DNA of 64,000 nucleotides. It comes from Octopus sinensis (lineage: Eukaryota). The stretch lies in assembly GCF_006345805.1 (NCBI RefSeq), contig NC_043021.1:6634001-6698000 (forward strand), read 5' to 3'. Below the pieces are notes generated by a model, which ran no database searches, was not told the origin of the DNA, and saw nothing but the letters and a program-made list of their open reading frames with translations. Positions 41,420 through 53,811 of the stretch are shown piece after piece (positions within the stretch are counted from its first letter, which is position 1; each line of letters starts with the position of its first letter). The translations under genes were made by a program, and so were the position numbers.

Positions 41420-42159
41420 AGAGATCACAAGCTTAGGAAATGGGGGACCATTGCTTCAATAGATAATTTTTTTTTTTGTCTTTGTTTTTGTATTGTTTAC
41501 TTCAAAAGCCTTTCTCCCTCCTCCTCCTCCTCCTTTTTTTTTCTTCTTCTTAATGTCAAATTTAATCTTTTTCTATTGGGAAGCTAAATGAATCAAGACA
41601 ACTGTTCTGCTAGAATTTTTGTCTGGATTTGGCATCAGTTTATTTTGAAATGGGGGGAATTTAGTGAAACAAAGCTTTTTGGTCTGGCTTCTGCTGTTTC
41701 TCTTAGAGAAAAAAAAAATAATTAAAAAATAATTTTTTAAAAAAAACCATATTCCTTCAGCAAAAATATTTGAATATTTTATTAAACTTTTATTTGGCAC
41801 AGGAAGTTGCAAATATTTGGGCTATAAATAGATTTTGGTTGGTTTAAAACAGAGTTGTTGCTGTAATAGCTGTTTATTAGCCCTCAAGGTTAGCTTTGAT
41901 AGAGCAGACCTATGATCAGAGATGTTCCATCCATGACCCTCCTCAGAGAGCAAATCTATGATCAAAGACATTCCAACCAAAACCATTCTAATTTTTTTTA
42001 CTGAAAATGGTAGTGTTTGCTCTGAAGGTGACTTTTGGTTGCTATTTCTAGCAGCCTGGTTGGCTGTATTGAGGCTTCTTTGTTGCTGTATATCGTTTTG
42101 TTAACCTAAGTCAGCCCTGATTGAAGCTGCGACCTTTCTGTCTGGTTTTTCATCCAGGT

Positions 42160-42492
42160 ATTTTTAAAACCTCTTTTGGTCCTGAGTGACCATGGGATTG
42201 CATCTAAAAATTTCCCCTCAGAGGCACAAGTCTAAGCGAGGTTGTTTTTTATGGAAGACCAGCAGTCACCTATGCATACCAACCACTGTTGTTATCTAAA
42301 GGAAAGGCAAAGGGGCCGATACAGCTTGGCACCAGTGACGTCACAACTCATTTCTACAGCTGAGTGAACTGGAGCAGTGCGAAATTGTCTTGCTCAAGAA
42401 CACAACACACAGCATGAACACAGGAATTGAACCCACAACCACACGATTGTAAGTAAGCCTGATGCTCTAACCATCAAGCCATGTGTCTTCAC
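42160..42492 (-). mobile_element. tRNA-derived SINE family I
   Basis: Reverse complement of 49068-49408. Confidence 0.75.
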
Positions 42493-42612
42493 ACCCAGGT
42501 ATAATGTATTTTACATTGTGTCCTTTGATTTTAATAATCCAGTTCTCAACAACATAACAATGGAGCAATTGTCCAACACATGGCTTGTCTTCAACACTGG
42601 TTTCCTCCTCTT

Positions 42613-42902
42613 TCAAGAGGTTAATGAACATGCCCATAACACCAAAGATTCTTTGAAAGCTGCTATGGTCAGAGTAATATCTAAAATGAACCAGGACCAC
42701 TTGATTCGAGCATGTAGATGATTTAGATCTCATATAGAAGCAGTTGTTGAAGCTGAAGGTGGCTTTATTGAATAACCTTATAGAAAAGAAGGTTTATTTT
42801 TATCCTCATAGCATTTTTTGATAAATATAGTTATTATCTGTTATATATCTGTGTTTTTTTTTATATAAACATAAATCTGTCCTCAAATATCTTACGCACC
42901 CT
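42613..42902 (+). pseudogene. Tc1/mariner transposase C-terminal relic plus probable right end
   Basis: EVNEHAHNTKDSLKAAMVRVISKMNQDHLIRACR*FRSHIEAVVEAEGGFIE* is a typical Tc1/maT C-terminus. Confidence 0.75.
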
Positions 42903-43906
42903 CTGCATGTATGTATGTATTGTGTATGCGTGTGTATATAATTTTCTTAGGTTTGATACTGTATTTGCGATTAATTTAATATTTTCAATTATATTTTTTT
43001 TGGTCTAGTGGCAAATTACCATAATTATTGATAATTAATGAATAATATTTTACTACAGAAGTTAATGAGATTAAACTCTCTAGCTGCTGTTCTGGCAATC
43101 AAATCTATATTTCTTTCCCTTCCTACCAATGTTTTACCAATCATACCAAATTTACACATATAACACAGCAACAGGGGGGGACTTTTGTGTGGATGCAGTA
43201 TGGCCTAATGGTTAAGAAGTTTGTTTCACAATCATGAAAGTCTCTGGTTCAATCTCCCTGCATGACATCTTGTGCAAGTGTCTTTTACCACAGCCACATG
43301 TTGACTGAAGCTTTGCGGGTGGAATTGGGTAGATACCACCCGTATCAAAATCATCATCATCATTGTTTAACGTTTGCCTTACAAGCTCCCATGGGTTGGA
43401 TGGTTTGACAGGTGCCAACCAGGCAGAACACTACACCAGGCTTCTCTGCCTGTTTTGGCATGTTTTTTTTAACGGTTGGATGCCCTAACACCAACCACCC
43501 TGCAGAGTACCTGTAATTAAAATTTGACGCCTTGTCACTCAATGTATTATGTTGCTTACTTGAGAATTATGTTTGACACAGTTTTGTGCAATACTCAGCC
43601 GCTTGTACTATAACTCAATGAGCAGGCAACCCAGTTAGTTGAACAATTGAATACACTTATTGCCAAAACTAATGGAGATTTCTTCTCCTAATATATATAA
43701 ATTTTCCTGTATCCTTGGTTCCAAATTTTCCCATATCTTTGGTACGCCAGATATTTCCCCCATATGCTTGGTTCCGAAGCCTTGATGGATTAACTATTTT
43801 GCCGTCCCATCTGTAGTCACATAATACTAATTCATCAACACACCTCTAACCTGCTAATTACACACCTGCCATGTGTCAGAAGTGCCATAGATACTTCACA
43901 GCTTAT

Positions 43907-44290
43907 AGTGGAGGCGCAATGGCCCAGTGGTTAGGGCAGTGGACTCGCGGTCGTAGGATCGCGGTTTCGATTCCCAAACCGGGCGTTGTGAGTGTTTATT
44001 GAGCAAAAACACCTAAAGCTCCACGAGGCTCCGGCAGGGATGGTGGTGATCCCTGCTGTACTCTTTCACCACAACTTTCTCTCACTCTTACTTCCTGTTT
44101 CTGTTGTACCTGTATTTCAAAGGGCCGGCCTTGTCACTCTCTTGTGCCACGCTGAATATTCCCGAGAACTACGTTAAGGGTACACGTGTCTGTGGAGTGC
44201 TCAGCCACTTACACGTTAATTTCACGAGCAGGCTGTTCCGTTGATCGGATCAACCGGAACCCTCGTCGTCGTAACCGACGGAGTGCTTCC
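43907..44290 (+). mobile_element. Young tRNA-derived SINE family H with 14 bp target-site duplication
   Basis: A box TGGCCCAGTGG, B box GTTTCGATTCC; ACTTCACAGCTTAT at 43893-43906 and 44291-44304; CpGs intact. Confidence 0.9.
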
Positions 44291-44500
44291 ACTTCACAGC
44301 TTATGTACCCAAAAACCAAAATCCATTTTTTTCAACAGTTCTACTTATTGCTGGACTGATAGTGGCTGGTGTTCACATTTGATACCCTCACTGACACGTT
44401 CACCTCTCTTACCTGAAGTAGCGATGGCTAAAAGATAACTTCAAGCTAAATGAGCAGAGGCTCGCTCAAAATTTTGGTTATCACCACTTACAAAAAACTG

Positions 44501-44820
44501 GCACTCCATCAGTTAAGACAACGAGGGTTCCAGTTGATTCAATCGATAGAAGAGCCTGCTTGTCAAATTAACATGCAAGTGGCTGAGTATTCCACAGACA
44601 CATGTATCCTTAATGTAGCTCTCAGAGCGATTCAGCGTGACACAGAATGTGATTAGGCTGGCCCCTTTGAAATTTAGGTACTTTGCATTTTTACCTGCTG
44701 AGTAGACTGGAGCATTGTGAAATAAAGTGTCTTGCTCAAGGACACAATGTGTGACCAGAAATCAAACTCACAACCTTACAATCATGAGCCAAATACCCTA
44801 ACCACTAAGCCACCCACCTT
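44501..44820 (-). mobile_element. Older SINE sharing the family H 3' half but with a family I-type head
   Basis: 44501-44672 is a CpG-decayed reverse complement of about 44118-44288; head carries CCTTGAGCAAGACAC. Confidence 0.75.
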
Positions 44821-45952
44821 GACCATGTACTAACAAGTGCAGTGTAAGTAATACGTATAAACACAGTGCACATAGCACCACCTATAGTCGTGCAGTGAAC
44901 TAGGCCAGTAGCCATGGGATTTTCCTGTTCCCCCTCATAATTTATCTGGATTAAAGGAGATATTGAACTGTCAGTCCATCAGCAGGTTGTGTGTGTTCCT
45001 CTACATGCACATGGACACATGCACACAAACACATCCACATAGTAAGTAGCTAATCAAGACTATAATATTTTATCAATATTTAACCCTTTAGCATTTAAAC
45101 CAGCCATATCTGGCCAAAAATATTCTACCTGTTTTATGTTCAAACTGGCCAGATCTGGTCTCTCACACCAACCCTACAATATCATTTTAAAAATTAACAG
45201 TTACCTCATCAAAATCTCATAGCACCAAGATAATGCCTGATTAGCTCAAGGCAATGTGGATAAAAAAGGATTAATTTTGGCAGAATAATGCAAACACTAA
45301 AGGGTTAAAGTTTAAATAATTTACTCTACCACTCGAAAATCTTTGTTATATTGAAAATTAATTACCACACATAATCGGTTTACCTATCAAAGAAATGCAG
45401 ATATTTAAAGGGGTTGACAAATATTTTAAAAGCCTATAATTTTCTTTTCATTCCATTTCTAAGACCAGTTATTTCCATCAATTAATTTAATTCCAAAAAT
45501 ATGCACTAGCGCGGGTGGAGGTCTTGTAACTGATATGAATGAAGCTGAAGAACTGCAACATTTTAGCGAACTGGTAGTCAAGAATTTATTCTAAATAATT
45601 AGACAAGCACAGACGAATTAGCTTTTCCTTTATAATGGAGTAGGTGGGCATGTGTGAAAGTGGAGGTGGTATGTCAGATGGATTATAAAAGCTTGGTGGC
45701 TAAACATAGTGCCAGTACTACAGTGGAAAATTAGATAAAACAGCATGAGAAGAGAAACAAAGAGCAGAGCAGAGACTACTGTAACAAAAGATTAGATTAG
45801 TAAGTTTTTGTTTCAGCCATATCATCATGATTTAACCACCATATTCTATGCCAGCATGTGTTGGATGATTCAACAAGATCCAACAAGCCTGAAGGCTGTG
45901 TTGGTCTTCAGTGTCTGCTTTGGCAAGGTGTCTATAGCTGGATGCCTTAGAT

Positions 45953-46713
45953 TAGTGGTTCTCAACCAGGGTCTATATGGACCCTCTGGGCCCATATAAG
46001 GTTTTTGGAGGTCATTGCAACATTATAGTAAATCTGGGATCCGCAATTGTATTTCAAGAGCCCCTGAAAAAATTTTGCTTTCGATTTATGTATTGGTATG
46101 TATTGCGAGAAACAACTGGGTTTCTTTCTCTAATGCCTTATGTAGTTCACCCTGCACAATTTAATGTGTGAACAAAATAGGAATTTTGAAAGAAGTTTCT
46201 ATAAAGCTAGTTTTTAAACATAGAATGGCTGTGGGGAGACCACCAGAATAAAATAGTAATCAAAGAGCTCCATAGGCGCAGGAGTGGCTGTGTGGTAAGT
46301 AGCTTGCTAACCAACTACATGGTTCCGGGTTCAGTCCCACTGCGTGGCATCTTGGGCAAGTGTCTTCTGCTATAGCCTCGGGCTGACCAACGCCTTGTGA
46401 GTGGATTTGGTAGACGGAAACTGAAAGAAGCCTGTCGTATATATGTATATATATATGTATATATGTGTGTGTGTTTGTGTGTCTGTGTTTGTCCCCCTAG
46501 CATTGCTTGACAACCTATGCTGGTGTGTTTACGTCCCCGTCACCTAGCGGTTCGGCAAAAAGAGACCGATAGAATAAGTACTGGGCTTACAAAGAATAAG
46601 TCCCGGGGTCGATTTGCTCGACTAAAGGCGGTGCTCCAGCATGGCTGCAGTCAAAATGACTGAAACAAGTAAAAGAGTAAAGAGTATAGATATAAAATGG
46701 TTGAGAACACCTG
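45953..46713. mobile_element. hAT-type MITE family F interrupted by SINE A (46275-46686)
   Basis: TIRs (C/T)AGTGGTTCTCAACC...GGTTGAGAACACCTG; other copies or fragments at 35217, 47289 and 62295-62576. Confidence 0.75.
46275..46686 (+). mobile_element. SINE family A, young copy
   Basis: GGCGCAGGAG head to (AAGAGT)n tail. Confidence 0.92.
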
Positions 46714-49067
46714 CCTGAGTAGTCCATAGACTATTGCATTAAGTACAATGGAATCATTGTAGAATTTGATTTCCTCAAAAATTTTGTGATTGAGGGTGAC
46801 TCAACTGTAGAAGTTGGAATGTCTCTGGCCAACCAAATCATCATTCTAACAATATTGTTTTGTTTTTTATATTTCTTATTTATTTTTTATCACTTAGTCA
46901 AAGGGAGAAGGAAGTGTCTATGTCCCTGTTGTAAGGCCTCTTGTGATTGGTTGTCAGGGAAAAGAGGGAGTTATTCTTAGATATAGGACCTTGCCTGAAT
47001 GTTTGCAACAGAGTGGGCATCATTAAAGGGATTCACTGAAGAGTCAGGTGGGGATATTAAATCGGAAAGCGACAAAGTATGTGTGAAAGAATGAGAGACA
47101 AGTAGGCGGACAGACAAAGCTAGTTACGGTTTTTCCCATCCTAGCAGGTTTTAACCCTCTACATAATATGCTATTATGAGTATTAGAATTAACCTTCACA
47201 TATATTCTTAATATAGACTTATTTACATATTTCTTGATATTTCTACTTTTGCTGTCTGAATGCTAACAAATGGTTTTGCTGGTTAGATCAGTGGTTTTCA
47301 ACCAGTTTTTGCCCATGGACTTGTTTGATTCCTATTTTATTCTACCGGACCCTCAGCTATTCAATGTTTAAAAGATCCTATAAAACTTTTATAATTAGAT
47401 ATTATTAGGAATTGTATAAAAAAAAAATTTCATAAAATATTTTGTGTATTGTAGAAGTATAACCAATTTATTGGGAATAAATTTTAACATCAAAATCTTA
47501 TATTGACCCCCACTAAGGGTTTTATGGACTGCATTTCAGACCCACAGAGTTAGATGAAAGATTTGATAGAAGTCATATACAAAATAAATAAAATACTACA
47601 TGCACACTTGTACATGATGAACAAAGTGAATAACAATAGTAATAATAATAGAGGGAAAATAATTTCTAAATCTCTGAATGAGAGATTAACAGTAACAATG
47701 GTCCTAACCAGAACTGCCACATTATGTTGGCAAATAATCTTTACTCAATAAGAATAATCCTTTCTATTAATACATGTATTTAATGCTGCCAAGGTCAACT
47801 TAGTCTTTCAGTCCCAGTTCAATATTGGGGTTGGCCCTTCTGTTACCTTCATCTCCCACTTTCCGTTTCTTTTCTTATCTCTTGCTCTAGAGATATCAGC
47901 TGTGATCAGACCCTGAAGAGGAATTGGATCTGCCAGTTTAACCCTTTAGTGTTCTGATTATTGTATCAAACATAATGCTTACTGATTCACATTGATTTGA
48001 ATTAATCATGCATTATCTCATATCTTCAAGATCTTGATGGTGTAATTACTTAATGTAGAATAACATTGTTGGGTAGGTGTGAGAGCCTGGATCTGGTCAG
48101 TTTGAACATAAAATAGATTAAATATTTTGGCCGGATATGGCCGGTTTAAATACTAAAGGGTTAAATGCCCAAAATATGTCATGTTATGATTATGCCCTTA
48201 TGACTCCCTTGAGAATTGAAGGCTCAAAATATTCAAAGCTGAAATTCCCTCAATCATTGCTGTTTGTTAAACCCTGATCCAGCTGACCTGTGGTCAACAA
48301 ACTCTTTCAGTCATGCCTATCGCATCCTTTTCTTTGCTGCTGATTATATAGAACAGTGCCTGCCATCCACATTGTCCATCTCTCTCTTTCAAAATGGTGG
48401 GGTGTGATTTTTTTTGGAAGAATTGGCTGTTATTTTTAGTAGAACTTGTCTGTTTTGTATACATGATTGCATGGCTCTATGTAAATTGTATGGATGATGT
48501 GTGACAGATGTATCGTTATTGGTTTTTTTTTTTAACTCCATATCGATCCCCTATGTTGCAGATCTCACAAACCTGTGATCAAAAGCATTCCGGCTATGAC
48601 CAACCTCACTTTTTCAGGGTTGTCATGGCCTATATCCAGTGTGTCAGATTTTGAGACAAAAGACACAGAAGTGCAATTTCGATGATGTCTAGCTACAACT
48701 TTTATTAGATGGGGGGGGGGGCTACATAATGTTACTCCCTTATTTGGTCATGTGACAGATGTGTTCTATAGAGCCATTTATTGAAATACTACCACCACTA
48801 CTGCTGCTGCTGCTACTTCCTGAATTAGTTCACTTGGTGACATGTCGTGTTATTAAATATAATGGACCAGCAAAAAGCAGAAATGGAAACAGCCCACCTT
48901 TCAAAATGTTTTTTTCTTTCTATTCATCTGTCGCTGTTGTTGTAGAGCAAGCTGTGTCATTTTGTTGTGTTTAAATATAAATTGTTGGCACTTGTGTATT
49001 GTATTGTATTGTGTGTGTATGTGTTTATGTGTATTTGCTCTCTCTCATTAATGTGTGTGTGTGTGTG

Positions 49068-49408
49068 TGAAGGCACATAGCTCAGTGGTTAGAGCATCAG
49101 GTTCGCAATCACAAGGTAGTGAGTTCGATTCTTGAACTCGGCTGCGTGTTGTGTTCTTGAGCAAGACACTTTATTTCCTATTGCTCCAGTTCGTTCAGCT
49201 GTAGAAATGAGTTGTGATGTCACTGGTGCCAAGCTGTATCGACCCCTTTGCCTTTCCTTTGGATAACATTGTTGGCATAGAGAGAGGAGGCTGGTATGAA
49301 GGGGCAATTGCTGGTCTTCCATAAACAACCTTGCCCAGATTTGTGCTTCGGAAGGTAACTTTCTAGGTGCAATCCCATGGTCATTTATGACTGAAGGGAG
49401 TCTTTACC
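49068..49408 (+). mobile_element. tRNA-derived SINE family I
   Basis: Head TAGCTCAGTGGTTAGAGC...GAGTTCGATTC, then TCTTGAGCAAGACACT motif. Confidence 0.8.
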
Positions 49409-50220
49409 CTACACACACACACACAGAGGTTTGTGGCTTAGATGTTGGACTCATGATTATAATATTGTGCATTGTGTTCTTGAGCAAGACGCTTCATTTC
49501 ACATTGCTTGAGTCCAATCTGCCAGCAAAAATGAGTAATCCTGCAATAGACTAGGTCTAAAATAAATGCCACTCGAGAAGGATGTTTTATACACACACAC
49601 ACACATATAAAATGTCATTTTGTGTTTGATCTTGCTACGTAACCCTTGGGTAAATGTTTTTTATAACCCTGAATTGAGCAATAGCTTGTAATTGGAATTT
49701 GTTGAATAGAAACTGTGTTGGAGTCGAAATGTGTATGTGTTTATGTTCCATAAATGACAGATTAAAATGTGCACTGGAATCAATATGACTGACTAAATCT
49801 TTGAAAGTAGTGTCCTGGCATGGTCGCAGTCCAATGACTGAAACCGGCAAAGAAAGAATATGTATATTCACTTGTCTGTTTTTGACTGTTTGACTGTACA
49901 GCTGAATTATTAACAACTGGTGGATATATTTGCTACAGTTATTAAAGTTCTATAAACCAGGACATTGATCGTGTGTCGTCTGTAATTGAGAGACAGGCTG
50001 AACTTTAATCACAGTTCTACTGTCATTCTGCATTCTCAGTATCTTATCTAACTATTTATATTGATATATCTACCTTTGATTTATCTAAAACATCTATTTT
50101 CAGCTTAATGCAAAAGCAGTGCATAAAACCTTTGATTCCAGACTCCACCCGCTCCGATTCCTCAGTTTGTAATTAGACTAATCATATACTTCTTGTATTA
50201 ATCAAAGTTCACACAACATA

Positions 50221-50764
50221 TGAAGGGATGCTGAAAGTTCCTTGCTTTGGGGGAAAATACAGGATGATCAGTTAATTTTTTTATTTTATTTTATCTAGTT
50301 TCAGCTCACGAGCTGTAGCCATGCTGGGGCACCGCCATTTGGTGTTGCTATATGATTTTACTTCACGAATGCTTTTTAGCAATTGCCATTTGGTGCATGA
50401 GAGAGTTCGATGCAGCTGCCCTCATCTGCACCTCCTGCCGTGAAGTTGGTTCATCTGGGATACCTGACAGGAAGAGATCCAGTTTTATTTTAAGACATCT
50501 GCATCCACCCCATGCAGGTTCTTCGGGAGGATATTGAAGAGCTGTGGGTCTCTGACGCCCAGGCTATCACAGTATCTTGTCCTACATGTTGATGGCAAAT
50601 TTGGAGTCCTTGACTTTATTTAATATATTCCCTTCTCAGATTTACACACTTGTTGCAGCAGTCCTTCAGTTTTTCTAAACCCTGTAAAAGAGCTCAGAAG
50701 GTTGGGCCTTTAACCAGGCCTTTTGCAATACCCTTAAAGCCAGAAACTTTTCAGCACCCCCTTG
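50221..50764. mobile_element. Mariner-type MITE carrying a LINE insertion
   Basis: Same TIRs as 26820-27046, TA flanks, and about 330 bp of extra sequence. Confidence 0.75.
50284..50614 (-). mobile_element. 5'-truncated CR1/L2-like LINE 3' end
   Basis: Minus strand with a frameshift: ...RTRYCDSLGVRDPQLFNILPKNL / LDLFLSGIPDEPTSRQEVQMRAAASNSLMHQ..., then GGCGGTGCCCCAGCATGG-CAGCTCGTGAGCTG-AAAC and a (TAAAA)n tail. Confidence 0.75.
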
Positions 50765-51288
50765 TACATGGTGTGGGAATCAGCAGGATACTCTTTAGTT
50801 AGTACCTGTATTAACTCTTAACATCCTTATCTGATTTTCTTAAGTCTAAAGCTCGGTCTTGTTATGATTGAGAGAAAAAAAATACCTAAAAATGGATTTG
50901 TTTATACAAATGTTTATCACGGATTTATTTGTGGTCAGATTAGAGTGAAAATTGGCAATATTTCAGAAAAGACATTTTTTTTCTTTATGTAAATAATCAT
51001 TTGTGCTAAAAATTATACGTTGTTGTTAATTACATAATTATAACTAAACAACAGGATACACTAAAAAAGAAAAAAGATGATGAAAATGATGTTAGTAATA
51101 AGTTTAACGTGATTCAGTTTTAGACGTGGACAGACAAACATCACAAACAAAATATCAAATGTTTTTCTCTGATCGTTTGCAATTTTTAATCTTTGTGAAA
51201 TTTACAACTAAACTGAGTTAACCCCTTCACAAACAACATACCCAGGTATGCACAAAAGTTTTAATTAGAAAAAAAAAACACACACATA

Positions 51289-51680
51289 GGCGCAGGAGTG
51301 GCTGTGTGGTAAGTAGCTTGCTAAACAACCACATGGTTCCAGGTTCAGTCCCACTGTGTGGCATCTTGGGCAAGTGTCTTCTGCTATAGCCCTGGGCCGA
51401 CCAATGCCCTGTGAGTGGATTTGGTAGACGGAAACTGAAAGAAGCCTGTCGTATATATGTATGTGTGTGTGCTTGTGTGTCTTGTTTGTCCCCCTAGCAT
51501 TGCTTGACAACTGATGCTGGTGTGTTTACGTCCCCGTCACTTAGTGGTTCGGCAAAAGAGACTGATAGAATAAGTACTGGGCTTACAAAGAATAAGTCCC
51601 GGGGTCGATTTGCTCGACTAAAGGCGGTGCTCCAGCATGGCCGCAGTCAAATGACTGAAACAAGTAAAAGAGTAAAAGAG
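51289..51680 (+). mobile_element. SINE family A, young copy
   Basis: Near-identical to 46275-46686. Confidence 0.92.
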
Positions 51681-52568
51681 AGAGAGAGAGACACACTATA
51701 CAAAACACTGGGAAAATTCGGCTAAATGTGAGTAATTTTTAATAACATTACAAAATGTAAATAATTGCTAGATGAAAGGATTGATGTTTGCTTCCTCAGA
51801 TTAGAGAGTTCATAAGTTCGTTTTAAACAAATGTAAAGGAGCTTGGGTTTGATTCGGGTTGTATAAGACCAACAGTTCGTTGTTGGACAGATCTGTGTCG
51901 TACAGGATAAGTATGGGTTCAAAGGCTTCTTTGATTACTGTTTATAAAAGAAGATACAAGCAATTAGGCAAAAGACAAACTTTGAAAAAATAGAGAAAAA
52001 CAAAATAAAGGCCGTTTTTAAATAAAAATAAAGAAAGAAAGAAAGGTGTATAAGAAGGAAAGCAAAATTATAAAACTAAATATGATGAAATAAACTTGGG
52101 AACATCTTTGTTTACCAGTTCAAAAATCTAAGTAAAGTACATCAAAGTTAAAACTAAAAAAACTGAACACCTAAAGCAACGAAATAATTATCTGACTATT
52201 TTAAAAGAAATAAACTCAATTAGATTGATGAAACTCAATAAGATAGATAACCTTTCCTTTTCAAGACTAAAGCATTCGTTGTTTGATGACAGAATTTAAG
52301 TGAATATATATATATTGTAAAAAAAAAAAAAAAAAATTGAAAAATTTTGTTTCAAAGAAATGTATTTAAGAAATGTTATATCTGTATAATTATTTGTATT
52401 ACTATAAATTTAAACTGTGAAGCAAGAAAGAAATAGATTAATCAAATAAGTATCAGTGAAATAAAAAATTTTGATGTATGTGTAGTTTGCTCTTTGTTAG
52501 TCGGTAGATTTTTGCTGACTATCCAACAATTACTTCTAACTTTGACTCTACGTCCTCAATAATGGAGC

Positions 52569-53189
52569 TTAACCCTTTCGTTACCGACCCAGCTGAAACC
52601 GGCTCTGGCTCTGTAGTACAAATGTCTTGTTTTCATAAGTTTTGAATTAAAATCTTCCACCAAACCTCAGACACAATTTATGTTCCTAACACTACTTGAA
52701 TCATAACTAAGTTATTTTACTAAATTCTTTGCTATATTTAACCCTTTCGTTACCAACCCAGCTGAAACCGCCTCTGGCTCTGTAATACAAATGTCTTGTT
52801 TTCATAAGTTTTGAATTAACTCTTTAGCATTTAAACCGGCCATATCCAGCTAAAAGTATTCTGCCTGTTTTATGTTCAAACTGGTCAGATCTGGTCTCTC
52901 ACACCAACCCTACAATATCATTTTAAAAATTAACAGTTACCTCATCAAAATCTCATAGTTACAAGATAATGCATGATTAGTTCAAAACACTGTGGATAAA
53001 AAAGGATTAATTTTGGCAGAATAATGTGAACACTAAAGGGTTAAAATCTTCCACCAAACCTTAGTCACAATTTATGTTCCTAACATTAGCTGAAAGATAA
53101 CTAAGTTATTTTACTAAATTCTTTGTTAAATTTAAAGTAATTGAAACAAAGACAGAGCATCTCAAAAGAAATATGAACGAAAGGGTTAA
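52569..53189 (+). mobile_element. Triple stack of TTAA MITEs (partial E, E, nested C)
   Basis: TTAA junctions at 52569, 52738, 52816, 53041 and 53186. Confidence 0.8.
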
Positions 53190-53424
53190 TACCCAAACAA
53201 TTAGTGAGATATCAGTTTCACACCTCACAGCTGGTGATATATCATACAAACTGTCAGGTAATAAAAAGGAAAAGTGGGCGGTGGCAGGTGAATGTCTCTA
53301 GGCTTAAACATTATAAACAAAAAGGAACTGTTTAGAGTTATGTGTAACATACATTTATGAATTTATTTTGCTAGATTCCTGATGTGAAATCGTGTGTTGA
53401 AACAAATATTGTTGTACTTTGGGA

Positions 53425-53811
53425 TACTCTTTTATTTGTTTCAGTCATTTGACTGCGGCCATGCTGGAGCACCGCCTTTAATCAAGCAAATCGACCCCGG
53501 GACTTATTCTTTGTAAGCCCAGTACTTATTCTATCAGTCACTTTTGCCAAACCGCTAAGTGACGGGGACGTAAACACACCAGCATCAGTTGTCAAGCAAT
53601 GCTAGGGGGATAAACACACACACATACATATATATATATACATATATACGACAGGCTTCTTTCAGTTTCTGTCTACCAAATCCACTCACAAGGCATTGGT
53701 TGGCCCGGGGCTATAGCAGAAGACACTTGCCCAAGATGCCACGCAGTGAGGCTGAACCCAGAACCATGTGGTTGTTTAGCAAGCTACTTACCACACAGCC
53801 ACTCCTGCACC
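53425..53811 (-). mobile_element. SINE family A
   Basis: Reverse copy. Confidence 0.92.

Noticed and set aside
43909-43985. tRNA gene
   Set aside because: A and B boxes are present, but it is the head of a TSD-flanked SINE and I could not complete an acceptor stem.
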